DNA of 64,000 nt, from the NCBI GenBank assembly GCA_033764015.1, contig JANRJK010000023.1:1-64000 (forward strand), read 5' to 3'. The translations under genes and the position numbers were made by a program. Source of the DNA: Candidatus Sumerlaeia bacterium (GTDB lineage: Bacteria > Sumerlaeota > Sumerlaeia > SLMS01 > JANRJK01). A model generated the notes under the pieces. It searched no databases. It was not told where the DNA came from and saw only the letters and a list, made by a program, of their open reading frames with translations. Every line of letters begins with the position of its first letter. Position 1 is the stretch's first letter. Shown in pieces: positions 40,216 to 50,309 of this stretch.

Positions 40216-40545
40216 ATGCGCCGGGCGGCCGCGGTCGCCGCGCTGGTTGCGGTCGGCTGCTCTGGGGTGCAGCGGGAACGCTACTTCACCGGCAGCCTCG
40301 ATGATGAGGTCGCGCGAGTCTACCCGGAGGCCGTGATCACGCAACTCGGGGGGAGCAGCTCGGACAACTCGGGCCCCTTCTTCATCGGGCGGGTCGAGAC
40401 GGTGGGCGAGCGCTACCTCTTGGTGGCGCCTGAGTTCCGCGCCTTGCTGGAGGCCGATGCCACGCGCAAGGGCCGCCGCTGGCTGGTGACCGGGTGGAAG
40501 CTCGACTACCTCGACTACACACCGGCGACTCCCACGGCCCCATGA
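40216..40545 (+). CDS. small putative lipoprotein
   Basis: MRRAAAVAALVAVGC lipobox. Confidence 0.45.
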   Translation: MRRAAAVAALVAVGCSGVQRERYFTGSLDDEVARVYPEAVITQLGGSSSDNSGPFFIGRVETVGERYLLVAPEFRALLEADATRKGRRWLVTGWKLDYLDYTPATPTAP

Positions 40546-40747
40546 GGCGCCGATCACCGGCTTGCCGTTGAACCCTGACAGTCCGCCGAGCACGTTTACC
40601 GACCCGACTCCAACGGCTGCGAGGGCAGCTAGTGTGTACCGGGGTCTGCTGGAAAGGGTGGGCACCGTAACAAGGCGGATCGGCCCGGGACCGCAGCCAC
40701 CGCAGCACGATGGCCTGCCGGGTGAATCGTATCCGAATGCATGATAA

Positions 40748-41446
40748 TTATGACAAACCGGGACGATTAGGAGTGGCGAGGCGCGCAATCAGATCGAGGA
40801 ACTGTTGGTAGAGCTGCGGCCAAGGGATCACCTTTTGTGTCATGTCGGCGCGGTGCACGAGTTCCCCTCCCAGAAGGATGATCTGGAGGGCCATCGCTGT
40901 TGGATTGGGCACATCCAGCTCTCCGCGATCAACACCCTGCTGCAGCAGGAGCGCGAGCTCTGGGGTGAGGGCGATAATCGCATGGTTCATGATCCGTTCG
41001 TGCACAACGGGATCCTGGCGAATGAAGCCGAAAGACAGGAAGTCCACCGCCACACGGAAATTGCGCCCGGAGTCGAGCGCACCCGCGACCTGGAGGAGCT
41101 TCTGCATGGAGTCCAGCTGTTCGTTAGCCCGGAGGGACACCAACTGTTCGCACATAGCGTCGATGCGGGCCTCCACAAGTGAGACCAACAGGTCGTCCTT
41201 CGTACGGAAGTAACGGTAGAAGGTGCCGTGTGCGATGCCGACGCGGCGCGTGATGTCTTCAATGCTTGTGGAGACGAAACCGTTCTCTCGAAACAGACTC
41301 TCCGAGACCGAGAGGATTTCCGCCTTCCGGTCCGCGACCTGCTTTCTCGTGTCCTTATTCAGTGGCAACCAAATGCTCCGGCGACGCGACCTTGGAAATA
41401 AAGCCAATTGCAGATCCGGGCGTGGGGGCGGGGCAAGTGGAATCAA
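40748..41446 (-). CDS. TetR/AcrR-family regulator (true start probably further downstream)
   Basis: EILSVSESLFRENGFVSTSIEDIT..GTFYRYFRTKDDL. Confidence 0.88.
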   Translation of the reverse strand: MIPLAPPPRPDLQLALFPRSRRRSIWLPLNKDTRKQVADRKAEILSVSESLFRENGFVSTSIEDITRRVGIAHGTFYRYFRTKDDLLVSLVEARIDAMCEQLVSLRANEQLDSMQKLLQVAGALDSGRNFRVAVDFLSFGFIRQDPVVHERIMNHAIIALTPELALLLQQGVDRGELDVPNPTAMALQIILLGGELVHRADMTQKVIPWPQLYQQFLDLIARLATPNRPGLS

Positions 41447-41510
41447 AGGGGTAATAATGGGTAAGGGCGGATGTCGGGGGACGGCGCCGGCCGCCCCCCG
41501 GGACGAGAGG

Positions 41511-42242
41511 TTACCGGACGATCACGCCAGTCCCCACTGGGGTCGGAGTCGGGCTGGGCGTGGGGGATGCCTCGGGAAAGATCAGCGGGAGGTTCGGCGA
41601 GTGGCCTTTGCCGGGGACCAGCGGAGGCTTGTTGCATGGGGCAGGCGTGCCACCGTCGCTGCAAGCCGATGCCTCGGAAACAGTCTCCTTGTACGAACGG
41701 GCCAACCAATCGTCTCCAACTCTTGTAAACACGAACTCGTCGAGGCCCACCTCGCGGGTCGTCCGGAAGGCAATGACAAAATCGCCGGTCCAGATGTGTT
41801 CGTGGTAACCGATTAGTTTGACGACATCCGGATCTTCGGTAGGGATCAGGTAGTGGGCATACGGGGGCGCCAGCATTGTTCCCTCCACTGCGGCGGCGGT
41901 GTCGATCGCCTGGCTCGAAATCCAATCCGCGATCTTGTACGATGCTGCCTCCGGGAAAAGCGCATTCCCGTCCGCATCATACACTTCATAGTAGAAAGGG
42001 TCGGTGAAAATCCCCTGCATCGTGGCAAGGAGCTCGTCATCCAGTTCGCTCGATCGAGTGGCGATGTACTCGTCCATTGCCTTCAGCCAAGTGGCGGCCT
42101 TGTTGTTCAGGATGGCTTCGATCTCGACCTGTTCGGGGGTCAGCGGCTGGCGCTCGATCGGAGGATGGGTGGACTTGGACTGCGCGCTTGACAGCGCAGG
42201 GAGTTGGGAGAGCAGGGCGACGAAGAGGAGACTGGGACGCAT
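41511..42242 (-). CDS. secreted hypothetical protein with PT linker and short C-terminal tag
   Basis: Signal peptide MRPSLLFVALL; ends SPTPSPTPTPVGTGVIVR. Confidence 0.7.
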   Translation of the reverse strand: MRPSLLFVALLSQLPALSSAQSKSTHPPIERQPLTPEQVEIEAILNNKAATWLKAMDEYIATRSSELDDELLATMQGIFTDPFYYEVYDADGNALFPEAASYKIADWISSQAIDTAAAVEGTMLAPPYAHYLIPTEDPDVVKLIGYHEHIWTGDFVIAFRTTREVGLDEFVFTRVGDDWLARSYKETVSEASACSDGGTPAPCNKPPLVPGKGHSPNLPLIFPEASPTPSPTPTPVGTGVIVR

Positions 42243-42668
42243 CTGTGGGACACCTTGGTGGGAGGTCGAGCAGGCCGTGCGACACGCGTCGACACGCGAC
42301 GCCAACCTGCGGAAAAGGTGACTAGCAGTCAACTCAAAAGTGACCAACAGTCACTTTTGCGGGGTCCGCCCAGCGCCGACTCGCACGCCGATGCGACGCC
42401 CTCCACGCGGAGGACGAACGGAGAGTTGCCCTTGGACGCATTCGCCGATCCGCGCTGCTCCCTTGGGCCGAGAAGTACACCCAGCGCCGCGGGTCCACGC
42501 CGCGCGCCTCCACCCATCCTGGCGTAGGCTCGATCGAAAGCGCGGCGAAATCGTTCTCCCCGCGGAGAAGGCCGCGCCGCTGATGCCCAGCTCGGCCTCG
42601 GCAGCCACGGTGTGCGAACTAGTGCTGCCGCCGACGACGGACGCATCCAGCGACACGGCGCGAATGTT

Positions 42669-42854
42669 CCCGCCAATCCCTGGAAGACGATTGCGTGATG
42701 TTCCTGCTCATGGAGTCCAAGTGGTGGGACGGCTACCGCACCAGGAAGTGGAAGCACTTCGCGAAGACCTTCGCCCCGCTGACGGAGCTGCGGGAGGCGC
42801 CGGGGTAGCCGGGGGGATGTGCCTCAGGCCTCGCACACCGCGGAGCAGTTCGGG
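42669..42854 (+). repeat. 186-bp direct repeat, copy 1
   Basis: Matches 45610-45795 with about 6 substitutions. Confidence 0.9.
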
Positions 42855-43356
42855 AGCGGGGAGGAGTGCGCCCGGGCATCGTTTGCGCGGGTGGCGAAGG
42901 GGGCGGTTGGCCGAAGCAGGCTGGTCTACTTCCTGGTCGACCCGCGGGTCCACGGGACGTGGTCGCGAGGTGGAATCCCAGGTGGCGCGGTTTCAGAAAA
43001 TCCTCCACCCGTTGAAGGTCACTTGGGAACCGCTGCCGATGAGAAAGGTCCCCTCGGCGGCGGCGCTGCTCCCCCCAAGGGCGCCGACGGCCTCCACAGA
43101 GACGGTCCATGTCTCGCCGGGGTCCTGGCTGAGCCCCTTGGCCCTGCGGGCATCTGCGAGCCGCCTTCCAAGCTGTACGAGCATAGGGTCTCTTGGGCGG
43201 ATACTTCTTTGGCATGGTGGAGCCATGCCACACCAATGCCGACTATCCGTCTACATACAAGGTGTAGCATGCCGCTTGCGCCGTCGGTGTCAGCATCGGA
43301 CCGTGCTTGCGTACCCCATGAGTCTCTTGGGACCACTCACTGCGAGGGCCACGTCC

Positions 43357-45261
43357 ATGCGCATCCTTCTGGTCGTTTGCTCCGTTGTCTCGATCACCAC
43401 TACACTCTCCGCCCAGCAGCTCGCCGAGGTCGGCAACTACGGCGAGAACATCAGCACTGTCGCCATAGACGGGGCGAAGGGCGTGCTGAACGAGGGGACT
43501 TCGCTGCGAGTCATTGATATGACGGTTCCTACGGCGCCATCATTCAAGGGCTCGGTGTCGCTCGGCTCCGTCCCAACCGGGGTCTTCGTGGTGGGGAACT
43601 ACGCCTACGTTGCGGGCTACACCGGTCCGTTCAGCGTCATCAGTATCGCCGACAGCAACGCGCCGACCCTTGCGGGGTCCGTTGACTGGGAAGCCTGGAA
43701 GAACGCTGTCTGGGTTCGGCGTGGTGGCGATTACGCCTACCTCGGTACTTGTGGCACGGTCGAGGTGGTCGATGTCCGCACGAAGACGGCCCCCGTCCGC
43801 GTCGGGTCGCTCGGGCAGCTGGAGTCTTGCGTCGAGTCGATCACTGGCGATGGCGGCTACTTGTACGTGGTCACTGACGGCGCGGCCACGAGGGTGCGGA
43901 TCTACAGTCTGGCCTCTCCTGCGTCCCCGCTCCTGCTCGGCACAATCCCCGGCAACGCCGTCCCGTCGCGGCGCGCCAACTCCGTCGCGGTGTTCGGCGA
44001 TGTCCTCTATGTCGGTCAGGAGGATGGAACGCAAGCCTACGACATCACGGACAGGGCGGCTCCCAGACTGATGGGTCGCGTCGAGACGGAAGATCGCTAC
44101 TACGAGACCGCGATGGACGTGGATCGCGGGCTGCTCTACGTCGCCGATTGGGAACGCGCCGACGTGTGGCAGCTCGCCAGTCCGGACGCTCCGTCGCCCT
44201 TCATCCGCATCGACGGTGGACCTGAGCATCAGGTTCGCCAGGTGGCCGCCTACTCGGGCATAGCCCTGGCTGCTAGGACCTATGCCTTGTCGCTCGCAAA
44301 CCCGACAGCAGGAACCAACACCGACGTGCGAGCGCTCACGCCCGGAACTGGCTGGGCAGGCACCTTGGCGGCATCAGGCACGACGCTCTACCTCGGGACT
44401 GGGCCCGGCCTGGCGACGCTGTCCCTTGCGAACCCGACGCAACCGGCGTTGCTCAATCATCAATACACCCGTTGGTCCGGCGATCTGAAGGTCGTTGGAA
44501 ACAGCCTCTACAGCCTCTCCCCGTGGGGGTATCTTGAGGCCTACGACATCACGACAGCATCGAATCCGACGTGGATCGCTGAGTACCCCGTGTCAGGTGG
44601 ACTCGACACGCTCAGGCTGTCCGTCACCGCAACGCTCGTAGCCGCAACAGCTGGGAACCAGATGATCCTCTATACGCGATCATCCGGCGGGACGCTGACG
44701 GAACGATCGAGAACGACGCTGCCCACCGGCGCGAATGCCGTGGCCCTTGCGGGCAGCACGGCTTACGCAGCGCTGACAAATGGCACTGTCCGCGTCTACA
44801 GCGTCTCGAACCCGTCGTCGCCATCGTTGATCACGACCAGGACGGTGTTCGGCAGCACTGGCGCGGGCATCTTCAATGTCGACGCTGAAGTCGCTGGGAA
44901 CAGGCTGCACCTTCTCTACGGGCGGACCGGTTACGCCGTCATCGACATCTCGACCCCAGCCAGCCCCTCGGTGCTTGGCACCTTCGCGGCCTTTGAGCTG
45001 GAGGGCTCGGACATCGCGGTGGAAGGCAACACCGCCTACCTTGCCACATTCGGGTGGAACGGACGGCGTGGGATCCGTGCTCTCAACATCTCCAACCCCT
45101 CGTCGATCCAGGAGATCGCCACCGTCAGGGCCACGGGCCTGCCGAGGTCGGTCCTGGTCACGTCAGGGTTCCTGTACAGCGCCGAGGACAAGGGAGCACT
45201 ACGCGTGCGTAACCTCGCTCCAGCGCCCGCAGGACATGGATCTGGCTTCATGTTCCACTGA
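43357..45261 (+). CDS. secreted LVIVD-repeat beta-propeller protein
   Basis: Signal peptide; repeated V.GNYAYVA..VIDIS.P..P..G; ends GHGSGFMFH. Confidence 0.85.
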   Translation: MRILLVVCSVVSITTTLSAQQLAEVGNYGENISTVAIDGAKGVLNEGTSLRVIDMTVPTAPSFKGSVSLGSVPTGVFVVGNYAYVAGYTGPFSVISIADSNAPTLAGSVDWEAWKNAVWVRRGGDYAYLGTCGTVEVVDVRTKTAPVRVGSLGQLESCVESITGDGGYLYVVTDGAATRVRIYSLASPASPLLLGTIPGNAVPSRRANSVAVFGDVLYVGQEDGTQAYDITDRAAPRLMGRVETEDRYYETAMDVDRGLLYVADWERADVWQLASPDAPSPFIRIDGGPEHQVRQVAAYSGIALAARTYALSLANPTAGTNTDVRALTPGTGWAGTLAASGTTLYLGTGPGLATLSLANPTQPALLNHQYTRWSGDLKVVGNSLYSLSPWGYLEAYDITTASNPTWIAEYPVSGGLDTLRLSVTATLVAATAGNQMILYTRSSGGTLTERSRTTLPTGANAVALAGSTAYAALTNGTVRVYSVSNPSSPSLITTRTVFGSTGAGIFNVDAEVAGNRLHLLYGRTGYAVIDISTPASPSVLGTFAAFELEGSDIAVEGNTAYLATFGWNGRRGIRALNISNPSSIQEIATVRATGLPRSVLVTSGFLYSAEDKGALRVRNLAPAPAGHGSGFMFH

Positions 45262-45609
45262 CAGGCTTGGTCGCCGACAGAGTCGCTGAGGCTGTCGGGG
45301 TGCTTTGGAGCGCCTTAGCGGGTTCTCGCGCGGGCCTGCCTATCCCTGTGCTGCCCAGAGTGCAGATGCGTCCAAGCTTCGCTGAGGACGTCCGCAACCG
45401 CATGGCCCGAACTGTCTGGGATCGCCTGCTGACCTCGCGGGTCGACAAGTGATTCGGCGCGGACCATTGGTCGCATTCTCAGCCATGGCAGGGGGTAGCG
45501 CAGGTCCTGCTTGGATCGCCCTGAGTACAGCCGTTTCTCACCTCTCTGATGGCATGCGGTTGATCGATCCTCACGAGCCATCCGGAGAGCACCTCCGAGA
45601 TCTTCGCAC

Positions 45610-45795
45610 CCCGCCAATCCCTGGAAGACGATGGCGTGATGCTCCTGCTCATGGAGTCCAAGTGGGGGGACGGCTACCGCACCAGGATGTGGAAGCACTT
45701 CGCGAAGACCTTCGCCCCGCTGTCGGAGCCGCGGGAGGCGCCGGGGTAGCCGGGGGGATGTGCCTCAGGCCTCGCACACCGCGGAGCAGTTCGGG
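45610..45795 (+). repeat. 186-bp direct repeat, copy 2 (overlaps queD 3' end)
   Basis: See copy 1. Confidence 0.9.
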
Positions 45796-46220
45796 GTTTC
45801 CCAGACCGTCAGCCGCTTCAGGCTGAGGGCGGCATTGCGCTGGGACAGTGCGGCCTGCACACGGCGATAGCACCAGGTGGCCAGCGCCTCGGCGGTCGGC
45901 GGGTCATTCATCACCACGAGGCGCCAGCCCTGCGATTCGAGGAATCCGCGAAGGGGCTGGTCTTCCTCCCAGACCATGAAGGCATGGTCGAGCGGGTCGT
46001 GGACTTCGCGCATGAGGACTTCCTTCAGCACGGCGAAGTCCGCCACCATGGCGTTGTCGCTGGCGCGGTGGGATGCGACCACTGGGCCCTCGACCTCCGC
46101 CACGATGCGGTAGCGGTGGCCGTGGACGTTGCAGCAGGCGGCGTTGTGGAAGGGGAGCCGATGCCCGACGTCGATCTGGATTTCGCGGGTGACACGGAGG
46201 CGGAGAGGTTCGGAAGCCAT
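45765..46220 (-). CDS. queD: 6-carboxy-5,6,7,8-tetrahydropterin synthase
   Basis: GHRL..C.NVHGHRY, DFAVLK, LDHAF, PTAE, WETP. Confidence 0.88.
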   Translation of the reverse strand: MASEPLRLRVTREIQIDVGHRLPFHNAACCNVHGHRYRIVAEVEGPVVASHRASDNAMVADFAVLKEVLMREVHDPLDHAFMVWEEDQPLRGFLESQGWRLVVMNDPPTAEALATWCYRRVQAALSQRNAALSLKRLTVWETPNCSAVCEA

Positions 46221-46256
46221 GGAAGGAAGGGGGTCCTGGCGCTTGGCGGACGGTGG

Positions 46257-47336
46257 TCACCGTCCCGCTGGTTGCCTCGGGGCGCGCCGGGCCGGAGGGC
46301 AACGTTCAATCAGTGCTCCGGCGGCGAGTTCCCCCACGGCCAGGGCCGCCGTGACCCCGTGGCCCCCGAGCGCCGCCACGTGGAACAGCCCCTCCACGGC
46401 GGCGTCCCATCCGATGCGGAAGCGCCCGTCCGGCGCCAGGGTTCGCAGGCAGGCCCAGTGGCGCAGGGGGCGGGCGTCCGCCAGCCCCGGCGCGGCGTGG
46501 GGCAGCTTCTCCCAAAGCGCTTCGAGGGCGTCGGGCGCGGGTTCGGGGGGCGCAGGGGGGTGCGGTTGCACCTCGCAGGCGCTCATGACAGCTTGGCGTG
46601 GGGTCTCCGGCCGGGCGTAGTACCCGCGCGAGACGTCCCAGACCACGGGGCAGTCGCGGCCTAGCGCCGACTCCACCAGGTGGAGGTGCCGGCGCAGCGG
46701 CGCCAACCCCAGGGCAGGCGCGCCGAAGCGGGCCTGCAAGACATCGGCCCAGGCGCCGGCGGCGTTCACGACCATGCGCGCGGTCCACTCGCCGCGGCTC
46801 GTCGCCACACGGAACCCCCCGGGCGCGGCGCGCCCGGCGAGCACCTCGCAGCCGAGATCGAAGCGCACCCCGTGGGCGCGGGCGTCCCCGGCCAAGTGGG
46901 CCAGCAGGGCTCCGGCGTCGATCCGTCCGTCGCGCGGCGAGAACACGCCCTCCTGCGCGCCGGAGGGCAGCCACGGAGCGAGCTCGAGGCAGCCGGCGGC
47001 GTCGAGCCGGACGTCGCCGGGTCCGCCGTGGAGCGCCGCCAAGTCCTCCAGCCCGCCCACCAGGAGCACGCCGCAGCGCTGCGAGAAGGCGCGGCCCGTT
47101 TCGGCCTCCAGCGCGTCGAGCAGCTCGCGCCCGCGACGGCACACAGCGCTCAGCACGGGATCCTCGTGGACCGTGCGGAGGATCTCCGCGTTGCGGCCGG
47201 AGGCATGGACGCCGACCGCCGGTTCGCGCTCGACCACCCGGACGGGGCCCACCCCGCGGCGGGCCAAGGCGCGCGCCGTCGCGATGCCGGCGAACCCGGC
47301 CCCGACGATCATGACGCCCGGGTGGTCGTCTTCCAT
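46257..47336 (-). CDS. FAD-dependent oxidoreductase (DAO family)
   Basis: IVGAGFAG, ASGRNA, VNAAGAWA, PDG, GGHG. Confidence 0.9.
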   Translation of the reverse strand: MEDDHPGVMIVGAGFAGIATARALARRGVGPVRVVEREPAVGVHASGRNAEILRTVHEDPVLSAVCRRGRELLDALEAETGRAFSQRCGVLLVGGLEDLAALHGGPGDVRLDAAGCLELAPWLPSGAQEGVFSPRDGRIDAGALLAHLAGDARAHGVRFDLGCEVLAGRAAPGGFRVATSRGEWTARMVVNAAGAWADVLQARFGAPALGLAPLRRHLHLVESALGRDCPVVWDVSRGYYARPETPRQAVMSACEVQPHPPAPPEPAPDALEALWEKLPHAAPGLADARPLRHWACLRTLAPDGRFRIGWDAAVEGLFHVAALGGHGVTAALAVGELAAGALIERCPPARRAPRQPAGR

Positions 47337-47399
47337 GCGCAAACGGTGCGCGGGGCCGGCCGGAGGGCGCGAGCCCAAGGCGGCCACGCCGGCATGTGC

Positions 47400-47688
47400 G
47401 ACACCGCCCGCGCGCGGCAAGCTCGTCTTCGCCGGCCAGTGCCTCGCCTGCCACACGGCCGACGGCTACCGCTCGATGAAGCGGCTGATGAAGGGGCGCG
47501 ACGCCGCGTCGATCGGCAACGTCGTCGCGATGCTCCACGACCAGGAGAAGGAGTCGCCGTACCGGTCGTTCATGCCGCCGCTCGCGGGGACGAAGGAGGA
47601 GGTCGCCGCGCTGGTGGGCTACCTCGATTCGCTGGCGAACCCGGCCGCCGCCACGCCGGCGAACACCAGCCTCGCCGCCGCCGAGTAG
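47400..47688 (+). pseudogene. orphan c-type cytochrome domain, no in-frame start
   Basis: GKLVFAGQCLACH..MPPLAG..ALVGYL; lies back-to-back with the oxidoreductase start. Confidence 0.6.
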
Positions 47689-47825
47689 AACGGCGCCGCA
47701 AGGCGGCGGGGACCGCCGCCATCACACCGACGCCGCAGCCGCCCGGTCCCGGGGCGTCTGCGGCGTCGGTCTTTGGGGCATGGCTCGCGCGCCGGAGGTG
47801 TGGTGGTTCCGGGCGATTGCGCCGC

Positions 47826-48422
47826 CTAGTTGCCGCCCGTGTTGGCGGCGGTGCGCAGCAGGTCGCCGTCGGAGGCGGTGCCGTTCGTGGGGTCGTAGAG
47901 CGCGCGGAAGCCGTAGTAGCTGCCGGCGTTGACGAAGGCGAGGTCCGGTCCGGCGCTGCTGAGCTTCCACGGGCTGTTGCCCATGTTGCGCGCCCAGTCC
48001 GCCGCGACGCCGGGATTGCGGGGGAGGTCCTCCCACGCCGCCGACGAGTAGTCGTAGGAGTGGCGCGAGCGCGCGGAGCCGTCGATGTAGTGCGTGTGGC
48101 CGGGTCGCGAGGCTTCCGCGAGCGCGGAATCCTGGAAGACGTCGGTGGGGAGCGCCGCGAGGTAGGCGACCGGCGTAGTGAGGCCCTTGAGCGCGTTGAC
48201 CCAGCCGAAGTGCGCGAAGCCGGGATCGCCGTCGTAGGGGGGGCGCTGGTGGTCCGCGGAGTAGGCTTCGATGGCGGTGGCGAGGGTGCGCAGGTCGCTG
48301 CGGACCCGGCTGACCTTCGAGCGCGTCTGCGCCGCGAGGAAGTTGGGGACCGCGATCGCGGCGAGGATCGAGATGATCGCGACGACAACGAGGAGTTCGA
48401 TGAGGGTGAACGCGCGGGCCAT
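47826..48422 (-). CDS. type IV pilin/pseudopilin-like protein
   Basis: AFTLIELLVVVAIISILAAIAVPNF; LTTPVAY; SAGPD; YDPTNGTASDGD. Confidence 0.9.
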   Translation of the reverse strand: MARAFTLIELLVVVAIISILAAIAVPNFLAAQTRSKVSRVRSDLRTLATAIEAYSADHQRPPYDGDPGFAHFGWVNALKGLTTPVAYLAALPTDVFQDSALAEASRPGHTHYIDGSARSRHSYDYSSAAWEDLPRNPGVAADWARNMGNSPWKLSSAGPDLAFVNAGSYYGFRALYDPTNGTASDGDLLRTAANTGGN

Positions 48423-48445
48423 GATCGGGAGGGGTCCTTTCCGGC

Positions 48446-49882
48446 CTAGCGGCTCTCGGTGATCTTGGCGAGGACGAGGGCGCGGAGCTCCGGATCCCGC
48501 GGCATCATGCCGTTCTTCTCGAGGAGCGCGAGCCGGCGCGACTGGGAGGCCGCGCGATCGATGCGCCCCGCCTTGAAGTCGCTCGATACCTGTTCGAACT
48601 CGGGGAGCAGGTCGGGGCGGTTGGCGGAGAAGACGAGCACCTCGGGTCCGCCGGCGGCGGAGCGGCGGAGGGCGTACGCGAAGACCGCGCAGAGCCGCCG
48701 TTCCGGCCAGAAGTGGAAGCTCGCCAGCGTCCGCTCGCCGAAGGGCAGGTCGGCGACCGCGAACACGTGCGACTCCACCTCGCCGCCGTGGCCGTGGGCG
48801 GACGCCTCGACGGTGCCGGCGTCGACCGCCTTGAGGCGCAGCTCCTTCACGACGGGATGCTCGACCGCGGTGAGGAGGCGCACTTGCTGGCCCACCGGCA
48901 GCGCGAAGGCGCTCTCCATGCCGACGGTGGTCTGGATCACTTGCTCCTGCGGGGCGCCCGGGGGGGCGGGCGCGGCCGCGGCGGTGGCGGGCGCGGCGGC
49001 GGGACCGGGGGGCTGGTCCGGGGCGGCGGCGAAGTACAAGACCCCCGCCAGCCCCGCGATGATGGCCGTGCCCGCGACGACTTTCGCTGTTCCCATGGCT
49101 GCGACTCCTGATGCCGCGATGGCGGCGTGTGATTGGAGGAATCCGACCGCGGTGGATGCGAGGGCCCCGGCGCCTTCCCGGGGCGCGGTGGCGGCGGCGG
49201 CGGCGGCGAGGTTCCGGGCGGCGGCGGGGGGGAGGGCCGAAGCGAGGCCGACGACGCCGAGGGCGCCCGGGAGCGCGGCGGCGCGCGGCGTCCACGCCGC
49301 GGGCCCCAGCCGCTCCAAAGCGTCCCATTCGTGCCGCAGCTCCGCCCGCGCCTTCTCCAGCCGCCGCCCCACGGTCGTGTGGTGCACCCCCGTCCGCCGG
49401 GCGATCTCGCTGTGGCTCAGCCGCTCCACGTAGTGCAGCAGCACCAGCTCGCGCGTTTCGCCGTCGAGCCGCTCCATCGCCCCCCGCACGCGGCGCCGGT
49501 CCTCGGCGGACGCCATCGCCTCGGCCGCGGTGGGCTGGCCGTCGGGGATGTTCTCCACCATGTGCGCCACCTCCGATTCGAGCTGCTGCACCAGACGCGA
49601 GCGGCGTGTGCCCTGGCGCCGCCACTGCACGGCGAGGTTGCGCGCCATGCGGGCGACCCATCCGCCGAAGAGCGCCCCGCTGCGCAGCCCGCCCAGGTTC
49701 AGCCAGGCGCGCAGGAAGACCTCCTGGGCGAGATCCTCGGCGGCGTCCTCGTCCAGCCGCGAAACGCCGACCAGCCAGACCGTGCGGTAGTGCCGGGCCA
49801 CCAAGGCGTCGAACGCCTCCCGGTCGCCCGCGCAGGCCTGGCGGCAAAGCGCCTCGTCGCCGATCCGGGTTGTGTCGTCCAT
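48446..49882 (-). CDS. ECF sigma factor with TM helix and extracytoplasmic C-terminal domain
   Basis: GDREAFDALV, AEDLAQEVFL, FGGWV..ARN, region-4 HTH; Ala-rich linker; TM segment. Confidence 0.85.
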   Translation of the reverse strand: MDDTTRIGDEALCRQACAGDREAFDALVARHYRTVWLVGVSRLDEDAAEDLAQEVFLRAWLNLGGLRSGALFGGWVARMARNLAVQWRRQGTRRSRLVQQLESEVAHMVENIPDGQPTAAEAMASAEDRRRVRGAMERLDGETRELVLLHYVERLSHSEIARRTGVHHTTVGRRLEKARAELRHEWDALERLGPAAWTPRAAALPGALGVVGLASALPPAAARNLAAAAAATAPREGAGALASTAVGFLQSHAAIAASGVAAMGTAKVVAGTAIIAGLAGVLYFAAAPDQPPGPAAAPATAAAAPAPPGAPQEQVIQTTVGMESAFALPVGQQVRLLTAVEHPVVKELRLKAVDAGTVEASAHGHGGEVESHVFAVADLPFGERTLASFHFWPERRLCAVFAYALRRSAAGGPEVLVFSANRPDLLPEFEQVSSDFKAGRIDRAASQSRRLALLEKNGMMPRDPELRALVLAKITESR

Positions 49883-50309
49883 GGGCCCCGCTTCGCATCC
49901 AGTCGCGTGATTCCGGGCGGGAGCTAACCCGCCTCTACCCCTACTGACGCCAGACCCCGCCCACCTGTGCGCCCCGGCGGAGAAAATCTCCGCAAGGCCC
50001 GGGGAAATGCCCGCGCCTATGAGAGAGTTCAGCGTGGCGAGGAAGACAAGCGCCGTGGACAGTCGCAAGCGGGGCCCGTCGCGGCTGGCGGGCAGGGGCG
50101 CAACCGGGAGGCTCCGGAAATCGAATCTATCGACGGCGTCGGACCATCAGGAACTCTCCAAGGCCATGCCGGGCCGCGTCCCAGCGCGGATCGCCTGCAG
50201 GATCGCCAATTGACCCTTTCGGCGTGGCCGGCGCATTGTAACACACGTCGGCGGTACGCCGCGTCGAAGGCGGCGCGAGCCAGCGCCCGGACCAAGGATT
50301 CGAAGTCCC

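Noticed and set aside
42669..45795. 186-bp repeats as a DGR template/variable pair
   Set aside because: Mismatches fall on both A and T of the same strand, there is no RT nearby and no CLec target overlaps them.
45765..46220. queD as part of a 7-deazaguanine (Dpd) DNA-modification system
   Set aside because: No dpdA/tgt, queC, queE or folE in the window; it is co-oriented with a housekeeping-type oxidoreductase.
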